A DNA stretch of 64,000 nt from Catajapyx aquilonaris (GCA_000934665.2 KZ538868.1:62001-126000), one strand, 5' to 3'. Positions 43,364 through 56,300 are shown, counted from the stretch's first letter. The notes: generated by a model not told the origin, from the sequence alone. Numbers and translations: made by a program.

Positions 43364-43996
43364 GAAATGGAATGACTGGTTGGGCGCAATTTTGTCCGTT
43401 ACATGACGTCTCGCTGGCTGAGGTTTCGAGATGTCTTCCTCCTCCTGCTTGGCCTTTTACAGCTGAGGAGAGAGGACCCCGCACTGGACCTCATCGCTGA
43501 AGGAACGGCCCTCGCTTAGCGGAGGAAGGCGCCCGTCGTTCGGCCTCCCTCTCGGTAAGGCCCGGCCGGGGTGCATGGAATGGAGGCAAAAGGGAAATCA
43601 GGATAGGAAAGTGCGGTGATGGGAAAGAAGGTCATTGCCAGATAATGATTTGTGTCAGTGAAACATTGTTGCGCCATGGGAATTGCGTCTGGCCAGATAC
43701 AGTGCCGAGGGCAGGCTGCCTTTCAGTTGGATCTTCACACTGCATTGTGTTGATTCACTGTTGCGGAATTTGAATGGGTCAGAGTCTAGTTTGTGTCCAG
43801 CTGTAATGTAAGTTCGGTTCGAGTACAGTTCGTGTATTTCGCACAGTCTGATGAGAGGGCCCAAGGATGCCAGTAATGCTCCTTTTTTGTTGTAAAATGT
43901 TAAAGGGAAATCCCACACTTTTACACACCTGCACTAGCGAATGAGTGTCCATATTATAAATTAAGAAATCCTCCTCATTCGCAGTGGAAGGGAACC

Positions 43997-46900
43997 ATGG
44001 TCACTTCGCCAGCTCCCGAAAATGCAGGCAGAACACCGAAACACAGGGCAGGAGCTGCTGCTTGTGTGGCAGCCTCATTTTTACAGAGTCCTGTATCAAG
44101 AACTTCCAATACAATTGTGTCCACTCCACATACATCACATCTTCTCTCACATGGATCGCCATTCTTGGATTCAACCTTGATTTCGGAAGCTGATTTTGCA
44201 GCGACTCTTCATTCAGCAAAAGAAAAACGCAGCTCCAGAAGATTGACAGCACTTGGTGTTTCCATGCAGCAGTCAGTGGTGAAGGCAGCAGTGGAGAAAG
44301 TCAGTGACACTGCAGGTGCAGGACTGAGTAAATCTCCCAATGCTGCAAAAGGCAAACCTCCAGCTGCTCTGGGAAATCTTTTGAGAGGTAAGTGTAGGCT
44401 GCATGGAAGGTTTTGGGTCTTGACAACCAGTTTTATCAAAGTTCATTGCATAGGCCTACACAGTCATGCCACAATTTTACAGAACTGTGAGGAACAGTGA
44501 AACCTGACCCTATCAACAGAGGTCAACAGTTCTTTGATCTCTGCTTGCCTGTTGCCAGATTGGAAACTTCCCCCTTCTTTTTGTACAGTACTTGTTTCAG
44601 CTACTGTCTTTATGCACATTTTCAGAGTCAATAGTTCAAGTGCTGTTGTTATCCATAGCATCAGCTCAGGGTGTGATAGAAAATTATGATGATTTTGTTT
44701 CATTTAGAATATTTGCTATGCACATGCAGGGGAAAAATTCAGGAGCTATCTCTATATCTATAAATAAGGAAGTTTGGATGTTTGTCCCTTATAGAAATCC
44801 ATGGGAAGGCCCTTACACCGCCTTAAATTAGCATATCGGGGGTTACTTTTTCCAAGGAATCTAACGCTGCATGTTTCAGCTTCCGAAAATGTACCTAACT
44901 CCCACAACACGCATATTCCTGCCTCAAGCTTACATCAATCACAATAAATCAATTTGCATTCCCATGGAAATGCCTCTCTTTTTTTAAACTATTTACCTCC
45001 CTGCATCGTACCGCAGGGAGGGAACCTTTATTTCGTCTTGATGGAACCTTTTTGACGTAGCGCCCGGGCCCATGGGCAGGGTGACTGGGAGGGGATGTGC
45101 AAGGTGCAAGTGCAATTCTCAAACGGTATATTTTGTGAACTCCCCGGGTGGATTAGTCTGATGAGATTCCACCCGAAACGAAGCCAGAGACGACCCAACT
45201 CTGCACGGGATGAAGGGGGGAACCCCGGGCTGATGGGATCGAACCCGACGTTTCCGCAGCGCCACTTTATATTACTCCGTGTTGAAAACAAAATTTCCCA
45301 TCATACATCTGTACGTACATTTCTAAAGTTATCCAGAGCAAACATATGGAACGAGGTGGGGGTGTGAAGTGGGGTTGGGGGGGAGGGGAGGTCAAGGGGT
45401 CAAAAATGCAGGGAAAAAAACACATGGCTGTGCAGTCTTTTCCTGGGCCAACTCCATCCACATTCCTCCTTTTACACATCCAATCAGAATATCCGTGTCG
45501 ACAGTACGCTATAAGACAAGCAGGTAATCTATCACAGATATGTACCCCTATCTTTACCAGCACCCCAACATACCCGGGCAACGCCGGGTAACCTGCTAGT
45601 CTAGTATATTTGCAATGTAAAAAAATAATTTAACTTCCATTATTATTTAACCTTTTCAGTTCTGTAAAATCCCAAATACTGCCAAATAAATTAAGACAGC
45701 TTTAGCAGTTGAGATCATTTTTATGGCACAATCGGAGAGGATTTTTCTATTCTGTGTGGAATTTTTTTGGTGTAGTATTGCCCATGCTGATTTTGTGCCA
45801 TAAAACCTCCATATCAATCAATCAGAAATTTATTCGGTGTGGTGTCCTAAACCTGTGGTATTGCAATGGCATTATATTTTAGCATTTGTATAGATATTGC
45901 AGTCAAACGACAAACTGCATAAGAAGGTATTATGCAACAGTAGGCATTAATGGTTCTGAAGAATATTTTACTAAAGTACTGTACCTTATGTGTCTCACTT
46001 TATCTCTGACTTGAATTTTAATTTCCAGGAGTTGTAGCACATGTTGATGTGCGAACAGAGAATCACAATAAGTCTGCGGCAGTGGAGAAGATGCTACTTG
46101 AGCTTGGTGCCAAAGTAGAAAGGAGGCTTAATTCTAAAGTGACACATGTTGTGTTCAAGGATGGCTCAAAGAAGCTCTATGACAATGCTAAGAGACAAAA
46201 CCTCCGTTTGGTGGCTGTCCGATGGATTGAAGCATGCAAAGAGAAGAGAAAAATGGTTAAAGAATCAGAATACCCACCAGTGTGTGCCCAGGAGTATGAT
46301 TCCCCACTCTTTCCTGATAAGCCTAAGGTGAGTTTCATATTCAATTTGCAGTGAAATTAGGCGGTAGTAGAGTAACTCTAGTCTGAGAAAATTTTGTAGT
46401 GATTAGGTTTCTGCTGCATGCATGTGGCATAAATGCCTTGAAAATCATCCAGAAAACTGGGACCTGGCAAATATCCTGAAACCAACCTTTCCACTGAATT
46501 CTGCTATTGTTATTGATATGTTTCATTGGATAGCACATTTTAAAGTGGTGGTCAATGCCAGGAATTGACTATTAAAAAATTGTTTCCCGTTTAAAACTTA
46601 GGGTTTCTGCCTTGTGATGTAATCTTTCTCTCCTTACAGAGAGTTAGGATTTTGAATGCAAGGGACTATGAAGATGAAATGCTTCACTTGAATCATCTAG
46701 TGGCCCTGCGACGTAAGCGAATGATGAAGGAAGAAGCACGAAAGAACAGGCACCAGCCAGTTGGCATCTCCTCCTTGGCAAATTGGAAAAATGGCCAGCT
46801 GGTAAGATCATGTTAGCCTCACGAAGCAAAAGGTTGTCATGCAGACACTTTTTATATCTACCTGGGGTCATATTGTCATTGTGATGTGCATTTTATAAGA

Positions 46901-49900
46901 TGAGTATGATTTATATCATTTGTAAGAAATGTATCAGTTCGGTTAATCCCAAACAAAACCTCTATGGACAAGGAGAAAAACTATTTCTACATGAGTAAAT
47001 AATATGACTTATCCAAGGATTGAACCTGGGACCTCAGTAGCCAGCCATGGTGAGAACTGCAAAGTTTTTCTGATTAGGAATGGTCCACTTGAACAATGAC
47101 ATCTCAGTCAATGACATCGTACTTTGTGCACACCAAGTCTCCTTGAAGGCTTTATAAAGGATGGGTACAAGCAACAACATATTATCAGTAATACTTGTGA
47201 TGACCAGTAAAAGAAACTGCTACAAAATAAGCAGCTTAGTTCCAGCAATAGCCATGTTAGTCAGACAAGTATTTTGGATCACTCTGTATGATGCATATAA
47301 ATAATCATTTGTATGTAGTTATAGATTTCAAACCTTCCATTTAAAATTTGGTGCTACCACATGATTGCTCAGTGAAGGAAGCCCAGTGGAGATTGTCATA
47401 ATCACAAGTTGACATCTTGTGTTGACATCTCCTGTCTAGATAAGGTGCAGAAATTATACTATTGGGCAGAGTTGATTTGGGAAATACTATAGTTATCTAC
47501 TGGTAAAGGTGGTTACATGAGTAATATTGTTATCTGCAGCCCACAGTGCAAGAGATCCTGAACATCTTCCCCCCAACAACACCTGAAGAATCAGTCAGGA
47601 GATTGCCAGGGTGGAAGCCCAATGACCCCTTTGATACACCATTTGCCAAGCGACTCCTGGCAATGTAAGTCATAATACGAATAATTTAGAGTAATAAGGA
47701 ATGTAATTCTAGAGCCTACTGAAATAATTGTTTTTTGTGCTTTATGTGGGTTTCCAACAACATGCAGTTCAAATATAACTGCATTACTCATACCAGTTTC
47801 GTCATAGGCTGTCATGAGTTCTTCATTGTGAATGCAAAATGTTTCCTTGAACTTAGAATTATGCCAGCTGGAATTGCTGCTGTACTTCCATTGCACTAGT
47901 ACTACTATACTAGTATAAGTATATAAGTAAAATCCCAGCTTAAGAAAATTTATTTTCCAGGAGGCCACGAACTCCTTCAGTAATTGCTGAAGTGACAGAG
48001 GATGACAGTGACATTGAGATCATTGAGGATGAGGGCAGCAAGCTTGAGCTATCAGGGATAGCCCCAGTGCCTGAGGACAAGGCAGATGGTGAGGTCAAAT
48101 CAAAGCAAGATAATGTTTCTGAAGCTATTGAAACTGTTGCTAGTGGAGGAGGTACAATTCCTGATTGTGGCAGCAATCAAAGAAAGCGGAAGCGAGTGGA
48201 TGATGGTGCTACTGCTCAGAAGAAGGTCAAGCTAGGAAGGAGGAAGCTTGTGTCCCTGTTCCAGTCAAAGCTGCTGGAATTTACACCTCCTGAGGAGACT
48301 TTTGACGTACCTGCTCCTGAGAATGGAGGTACAAAAGAGAATAAAGCAAAGGGAAAGAAGGAAGAGAAGCAAGTTCAAAAAGCAGAGGAAGTGCAGGTTG
48401 AGAAGAAAAAAGTTGTTCTTCAGGAGGTTAACCCGAAGCAGAGACGGAGCTCAGAAGACTTTATTCAGCCAAAGAGAAAGAATTACAATAGACGCAAGAC
48501 TGATGATCCAAGTGCACTGCGGTCTCTCTTTAAGTCCACAAAGTCATCCGTGGTCTGCACTAGTGTGACTAATAAGTAAGTTGTGCTTCACTGTGAGTAG
48601 AATGTCAGGGTGGGAATTGTGTGCGAGACAGAATAGGGTTTCTCTTATCTGCTCACTTCCTAGACCCAAGCTGCTCCAAACCCATGTGCTTATGCCACAT
48701 TCAGCTCAGGTCCTTTTTCTGATGTTCATCACAATGTGACCTGTACTGAATGAAGCTTTTGATACTGAGGTAGAGCTGACATTACTGAAATAACTACTTC
48801 ACAGTCAGAATGAGGCTGTTCGGGCTGTGATCAAGGCTCTTGGAGGATTCATGCTGAGAAACACATGTGACATAACTACAACTCACATAGTCACTGGGGT
48901 GGCCACACGACGCACACTTAACATGCTGCGAGGACTGGCACGAGGATGCTGGATAGTGAGCTTAGAATGGGTGAGTCTGGTTATTTTCTCTCTTGCTATT
49001 TAAACTTGATTGAAGGGGGGGTTGTGCGAGCATAGGTAAGCAAATTAAGGGAAGTTACTGTTTACATTACTCAGTGATGATTTTTAAGAACTCGGGTGCA
49101 GTAGTTGGTAAGAGGAGCAAGGATAAAAGGCTCAGGATGACATGGATAGGCCAGGTAGGTGAGCGTCTTAAGCATAAGGGTATGATTAGGCTAAATCGTT
49201 GGTATGCATGTGCCAAGAGGACCATGGACAAGGGTGAGGCTAAGGTTTTTTTCTAAGATTGGTGTACATGTCGGAGTTATTTAAGGAGTGATTAATGTAC
49301 TGAAATTGTGTTTAGTGTTTGTATCATATTAAGTGCAATACTGTGGATGAGCAACAGTCGAGAGCAGAAAGCTCCCTATGCATGATTGTGCAGGGAATTT
49401 TTTATATTGTGGTAAATATGGTATTGGTTAATGTTGGAGTGCTTAATGTGACAGAATGTTGACCACATTTTATCCCCATACCAAGAGTAATGCATATCAC
49501 ATATGTAACTGATGGTATAAAACTTTTAAAAGTGTAACTACGAGGGCTGTAAATAAAATAGTGGCAACTATTTAATTACTTGGGACTGGAACTACATGGC
49601 AGCTTCAAACTTTCAGAGTGCGTCACCAGCATTGTGTCACACCCATCATTAGAGATGTGGAAGTCGAAGGTGCCATTGGCAGCCCTGATTTGGTTGTTGT
49701 TTCGTATAGAGCGGTCTAAAGTGTGAAGGATAGTCATACCCAGATGTTTCTTGAGAATGTTCAGGATAGTCATATCAACAAGCCTGCCTCACTGGCTAAC
49801 TCATTAACTGTCGACCTCCGATCATTCTCCATCAATGCGGAAGCAGCAGCCATTTGTTCCTCACTTGCATTTGGATGGGGCTCATATGTCATGTTTTGCC

Positions 49901-51289
49901 TTCCCTGACGGCCCACCTTGCAACTGTTCTATACGACAATGTTCCCCACAAGCCTGTAAAGGCCCTTTATGACAAATTTTCAATTTTTAAACAGCACCTC
50001 TGCTCAAATTTGGAAAGCATCATCTTTAGACTGGTTGATGGCAACAGCTCACGTTATACTTTTTACTGCGCATGCGCATATTGAGATGGGACGATCTCAT
50101 TATGCCCTGAGGTTAGATCAAGACCCAACCTATCTGTGACATAAGCGGTGAAAACTTGCTACATTTCACTGATTTTCTAGAGATGTGTTAACACTATTTT
50201 ATTTACAGCCCTCGTATAAACCTTCATAGTGAATGAAAATTCAATAGACCATGAGATTCATTAGGTGCACTGAATGTATCGGTATTCACAATGCACATAA
50301 GCCTACATGGAAAGACATGTTCTCCTTAATTTGAATAGATGCAACCAGCCCTAGGCACATATGTGGGTGTTATAGTTCAGCTCTAAATGTTCTGATTTAA
50401 ATAATCTAGAGAGGTCCTAATTTTCAGGTGTACAAGTCTATGGAAGCAAGGAAGTGGTTGGATGAGGAACCATTTGAAGCACTTGAGTTCTCTCCAGCTG
50501 TGAGGGTGAGAGAAAATATACTTGAACTTTTAAAAATCATTACGAATGTCAAGGAGAGGAAATTGACGTGTGATCGTAGATATTCATTCTAAAATTGAAG
50601 TGTTAACCCATTCACTTCAAGGGTTTTACTAATCTTTTACCAAGTTTTTGATTGCATGCCACATACTGCACACACTGATTGCATGTGCGACTGTGAGTCC
50701 CTCTCACGGCATAGGATATTTTCTTTGGCCTTCAGAACAATTGACCCTGAGGTCAAGGTCTATCAACTGACCAACTTTCAGCCAAATCCATGTGGCTCAA
50801 CTTTTTCCATAAGTAGTCCCCATGTCCTTCTTTGTGTGTAAATAATAATTTGACCTAAATGTGTAAAGGTATTCTTATTAAATATATTATTCTTGCACAC
50901 TTTGTGACATTTCTTCTTCATAATAAATTTTTCTCTGATTTTCTCAGGTGTGTAGACAAGCAAGGCAACAGCCCAACTTCAAGCCCAGCCTTTTTTCGAA
51001 TGTGGGTGCATTGCATGTGAGTAGAGGTAGCAGCCCACCTTCACGTGACTTGGAAGAGTTGGTTGAGTGGTGTGGAGGAAGTGTTAAGAGTGTACCTCGG
51101 GGTGTGGAGCTGGTGGTTGGAGGGCCTGCCTCACCTGTTTCTTCAGGCACAGAGGGAGTTCAGGGAAGTGCTAGGAGAAGAAATTTGCTTTGTGTCTCAG
51201 AGAAATGGGTTTTAGATTCAATCCATGAAAACACATTGCAACCATTGGAACAGTATTCTCTCAAAGTTGCATCACAAGGAGGGCCATGA
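43997..51289 (+). CDS. MCPH1: Microcephalin (BRIT1), three BRCT domains
   Basis: Exons 43997-44387, 46029-46327 (N-BRCT: GVVAHVDVRTENHNKS...KVTHVVFKDG...LVAVRWIEAC), 46640-(46712 or 46801), 47540-47664, 47961-48575, 48805-48970 (TTHIV...RRTLNMLRGLARGCWIVSLEW), 50428-50505 and 50948-51289 (LEELVEWCGGSV...VSEKWVLDSI). One internal junction is ambiguous. AATAAA at 51575-51580. Confidence 0.9.
44749..45599 (+). mobile_element. Non-autonomous Helitron in an MCPH1 intron
   Basis: Starts a|TCTCTATATCTATAAATAA. Ends with the hairpin CCCGG-GCAACG-CCGGG (45573-45588) followed 7 nt later by CTAG|t. Inserted between A and T with no TSD. Confidence 0.75.
49060..49290 (+). mobile_element. 3' fragment of an RTE-clade LINE
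   Basis: The translation VVGKRSKDKRLRMTWIGQVGERLK...NRWYACAKRTMDKGEAK resembles the recalled insect RTE ORF C-terminus (G.R.RGRPRRT..DQI...LK...RNRRACMKRLMDVSEA). Boundaries are approximate. Confidence 0.55.
49541..50214 (-). mobile_element. Internally deleted mariner transposon
   Basis: TA TSD and a perfect 23-bp TIR CGAGGGCTGTAAATAAAATAGTG. The minus strand from 50023 gives a frameshifted transposase N-terminus (MMLSKFEQRCCLKIE..LSYRTVARWA..MENDRRSTVNELASE..TILNILKKHLGM) fused directly to C-terminal remnants (DRSIR..HNAGD). The catalytic core is absent. Confidence 0.92.
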
Positions 51290-51835
51290 TTTATTTGGTT
51301 TTTTCTCATCTATAATGCCGCTCTGCTCAATGTTATTACATGCCACTATTCACCTATCTTATGTGATTAGAATTTGTCAGATCATTCTAAGACGTGTTAA
51401 TTTACACGTAAACACTGACCATCTAGCCGGTAATTGTCTAGCAGTGAATTGCTGTACATAAGTCACTTATCCACTGAACACTTTGAGACTGTTGTCGTAC
51501 CAATGTTATAAATGCGGATGCAAGCAAGCAAGTTATTGCTCGGATGGGGTTGATGAATGTGTGTTTTGTAATGAAATAAATGATATTTTTGTATGCCAAT
51601 ATGTCATCAAATAATCACTCTAGCATGAATGTGTAATTTGATTAATTGTAGTTTTCCAGTACAACCAGCTGGAAATGTTTTGCTCGACAATAAATTCATT
51701 TTCGTAAGTACACCTTGCTTTTTAATGATTCCCTTAAAACTGAAAAAGAAAGGTACAGCAACTGCCACTTCGGGCTGAAAGGGTGGACTTGTTATCCTGC
51801 TATCTAACAACTGTGTACAGGCAGCCCCCAACCTA

Positions 51836-51977
51836 CAGTGCGGAAAACAAAAGAGCGATCTGACGTCATCAAGGTTTCCATGGAAATACCTTCACACAAC
51901 AGTATGAGTACACAATGTCAACAAATAAGAACACTGTAAGAACCAATGACATAGATCGTGTTTCGTTTTCCGCACTG
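51836..51977. mobile_element. Tc1/mariner-type MITE between the MCPH1 and paramyosin 3' ends
   Basis: TA TSD, with TIR CAGTGCGGAAAAC.AAA...GATCT..GTCAT and its reverse complement ATGACATAGATC...TTTCGTTTTCCGCACTG. Confidence 0.85.
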
Positions 51978-53313
51978 TACATAAGTCAATGCTGCTTAAA
52001 TCATTATGCTACTTTAAGACTTTGGTAAGTTATGTTGATGGAGCCATCTTGATCATGTCCCTCTGCATTAAGGAGAAAAACCTGAGACATTGAGCACCAT
52101 AATGCAACCATATAGAGCCATTTTCATGTCTATGTATCAGTTTTGTCAAGAGTGCTTTTAGGCAATTTTAAAGCTTCATTTTGAAGCTCACAGCCTCACG
52201 CTTTTTTTTCTTTCTTTTCATATGAAGCTTAACCTTGACCTTTCTGCAGATAGGTGTAGCTGTACATCCTACAACATAACTATGAGTTGAGCATATTCAA
52301 TTGGGTGCAGTGAAATTAAGATCAATGAGACTTTACTGTACCATTTGTGTGTAACACTCAGTTTTTATTTATACAACGGTCTCCTGAAGTTACAAGCTGA
52401 TACACAGTGACGCTGTTCACTGATCAATGCAGATTGTCAGCAAGGAAAGCACAAAGAAAAAGGGACACATTTGTCACTCTTCTTTGTTCGTGTGGTACTT
52501 ATTGGTAGCGAGTTTGTTTTCTGGTGCATTGTTAACAAAGAAAAAAAAAATGCTTCGAATAGTTTGTTTATGGTACTAAAGCGCAAGAGGAGGGAACAAG
52601 GATGGGTAGTCTTTTTGCAAAAATTGTGATTTTCAAGAGGAGCAAACAGCAATGAACCAACTGCCCAGCCTTTTTCTCAGTTGGGTCTCTACTTTTTGCC
52701 CGGCCCATTGTTTTTCAGTAAGTAGGGAAAGCGTACCAATAATTACTAATTGCCTGTTAACTGAGGTTCATATTTTTCACAGTTACTGGAAAGCTGTGCC
52801 AGACCTTTGCAGCTTGGTGAGCAAATGGACCATTGTCCCATCTCTTGCACAGATTGTTTGTTTTGTCGTTGTCGACCTCTTCAGACTTAACTAGGTACAG
52901 TACATCTCCCTTTATTATTGTTTTTTGGTTCTTTTTTATTATTTTTATTGTCTTTTAGGAGTGGGGAAGCAGGTTTCTTTTCCTTCCTATATTTTGTAGC
53001 TACAAAGAGTCAGTATTAAGTAATGTAAACTCGGGGTGTAGTTTTATTGGTTTTCTTGTGTGACTACCTAACCAGGTTGGTACACAAAAAAAGCTTTGTT
53101 AAGGTTCAAGTACATAGCAGGCTGATAGACACGTGGAATGAAAAAGTGTCGCTGCATAAGCAAAGGCAAACCAAAGCTCACAAAGATTCAGCGGGTACAA
53201 AAAAAACTGACTCTTATTCACTCCTCCATATTATCCCCCCATCCCCTTCCCCCCACCCCCCCTCCCCACCCCATTATTTTCTTTAGCCAGACAAAACCCA
53301 AAATGGGACATGT

Positions 53314-56300
53314 CTAGTAACTTTCGGTGGTCCTGGTCTCCTGCACCACCATCACGGATCCAGCCGGGGCAACAGTGCTGGTGACAAAAGAGCGGTGCTT
53401 GGCCCGGATGAGGGACAGGTTGCTCTCTGCACTTTCGGCCCTTTCTTCTGCCGCATCCAGTTCACGTTGGAAGCGTCGCACACGGGTCAGGCTCTGCTGA
53501 GACATGCCCTCCTGCAAGGACAGAAAGATAAATGAGTACGCTGGCAAGGACGGCCAACTCAATTTTACACCAGGTATTTAGCACTAGTTTTTTGTTAATT
53601 GCAAGTTCTGAAAAATTTGAGTCTCCCGCAGGGTATTGGTATCGGTATTATGGTTCATGATCCTACTTGTCAGCTCACTGCACTGACCTGCTCTTGCAGT
53701 TGGCGCTTATAGATGGACACCTTCTGCCCAGTCTTGTCCAATGCCTCTTGCAGCATGACAACATTTTTGTGATCGTCCTCAAACTGAATCTGCAGTTCCT
53801 TCACCACGCGCTCCTTCTTTCGCAGGATCTTGGTGGTCTCTGAGTGACGGCGCTTCTCCTCATCAAGCTCCATCTCCATGTCACGTACCTGGATAAGAGT
53901 AATTATGATACACATACAGTGTTGATGACAAGGGAGTGGGGAGAGTTTGGCAATAAATTAAGAATTTTGAAAGCTCAAGATCAGCTTCTTTTTACGAGAT
54001 TACTTTTGTAATGACATGAAGAATAACAGAACAAAATGATGTGTTTGTGTGAAAAGTTTGTGCGCATATTAGTAGCCTATAATTTTAAATGTGCATGATA
54101 GAAAGTGCAGTAATAATTGAAATGTTGCAGAATATAAGTTTTACTGTATAATCTGATTAGATATGATTTTCATAATGATCAGGTTGTATAGGTAAGGCTA
54201 CTACAGCTCAAGTGTCACCAAATGTACTGCAACAATCGATTTCATTTGTTAGCAACCTACCCTGGCTTCAAGCTTGCTGATGATGCGTCGTCCTCCGGCC
54301 AGTGCGTTAGCTTCGACTTCCTCAAGACGGATGGTGAGGTTCTTGACCTCAATTTCAAGGGACTTCTTGATGGACTCGATCTTCACAATGCGTTCCTGTT
54401 CCTCATGCAGAATCTCAACACTGCGCTTGAACTCGATGGACACCTTCTGGTAGCGCTCATCAACCAGCTTGAGCTCCTTGGACACTTCCTCGTAGTCAGA
54501 AGAGATGGTACCCAGCTCCTGCTCCAGCCTGCTCTTGGTTGAGGTCAGGTTCACATTCATGGTGGTCAGCTCATTGATGCGGGTGCTAGCCTCCTCCAGT
54601 GACAGTTCTGCCGCTCTCCTGCCTCGCAGGGCCTGCCACAATAAAGGGTAAGTTTCCAAATGCTATGCTTCAAGTTCATGCCAAAAACCTTATCAACATG
54701 TTATGAGAATTTGTGTGCAGGGAGAACAAAACTGGCTCAAGCAGTATGTTACATCACCTGACTCAGGCAATTGTATACTCCATTGTTGATTATTATCTCA
54801 GGCAGGGGAAAATTGCTACTCCTGGTCACAGCACGTAATGTCCTCAAGTGTATGAAAGTGCACTAATAAATTTTGACAAGTCGTAGAGGCTGGAAAGTCA
54901 GAGATGGGCCACTTGAAGAATGAGTTGTTGTCAGATATGTCAGGTCAGATACTGAAGGTACACTTGCATGATTTAAGTCTTCAAGTGGCACATCTGGCGG
55001 AGGAGGATATGTGTGCGGCTCTGACTCACCGCATCCATGTTCCCGCGGACTTCCTCCATTTCGGCAGTAAGAGACTGGAGACGCCTCTGGGCCGCACCAT
55101 ACTGGTCCAGTGTCACCTGGAGCTGGCGTTGGATTTCATCATAATGACCCTGCAACTCCTGAAAAATGCAGAATGGTATGCCATTGAGTCACTTGGTCTT
55201 GACTTGGTCATAATGACTGTGTCCTAAAATATCCAAGGTGAGACTGAAATGGGGATGCGGTATTGTGGAAGTGTGTGTGTGTCATCTTTGCAAACTTCCA
55301 AGAATTGAAAACAAAGTACCGTAAGTTGGAGCGACTGCCTCTTGACGGTCTTCTGGAGTTCAATGTTGTTCTTGTTGGCCACATCCAGTGACATTTCAAG
55401 CTCAGTGATGGTGATGGTCATCTTCTTCTTGATGCGAGTCACCTCAGTCTTCAGGCGGGTCTCAGCCTCAACCAGGCGGCTATTCAGCTGCTCGATCTCG
55501 ATGCTCATCTGCTTGCTGTCAGAGAAACGTGAAAGAGACAGTCAAGTACAGTTCGAATCAAAAGTTTCACAGAGAGGCACCATTGCTCCTCCCACGGGTT
55601 GAATGGTGGAGGTGTGATGATAGTGACATGTGGTTCAGTATCCTCTTCCACATAGCGTTCGGCCATTAACTTCTTGTGTTCCTTAGAGTTGTGCACTGTC
55701 ACTGTCTTAGAGCGTCGGTATGCACCAATATCTATGCCAGTGTTGGGTGATGCATTTGTCAACATCTGTGCCATCAAGTCAGCACCAACATCACCTGCAT
55801 TGGTGATGGCCAATGACTTGATCAACGTATGTGACATCTTGACACACTTGAAACCTTGGGTGAGGAGTCTTCTGCTAACTGAACCTTACTGCTCCCGCGT
55901 TGCGAGCGACTGACTCTTGCAGCCTTGAAGGGCATAAATCCGCCCTCTGTCTGGCAAGGGACTTAATATAGGCCAGGAGGAACATCATCTGGCAAGGGAG
56001 CTATTTTTGAATGCCAGCGCACACTTCCTCTGGCAGGTTCTTGTGGGGGTGGAATTAAGAGCCCTAAAGACTCGCTTCTTCATCCCAAAACTCAGTGACC
56101 CACACCATTCCTTGCAATGGAGCCAAAACCTCTCTTATGTCACAATGTGTGCATTTTTCTATATACCAGTCTTTTTAAACTATTGTTCTTACCTGCTTCT
56201 CAGATGTGAGTTTAATTATTTTACTGGAGTGAAACGTGACTGTAAAGGTCTACATTCTTCAAAATGTATTACTGTATCCAGGGTCAACATAGACAGTATT

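Noticed and set aside
47010..47060. Degenerate tRNA/SINE-like fragment on the minus strand
   Set aside because: Too short and decayed to delimit.
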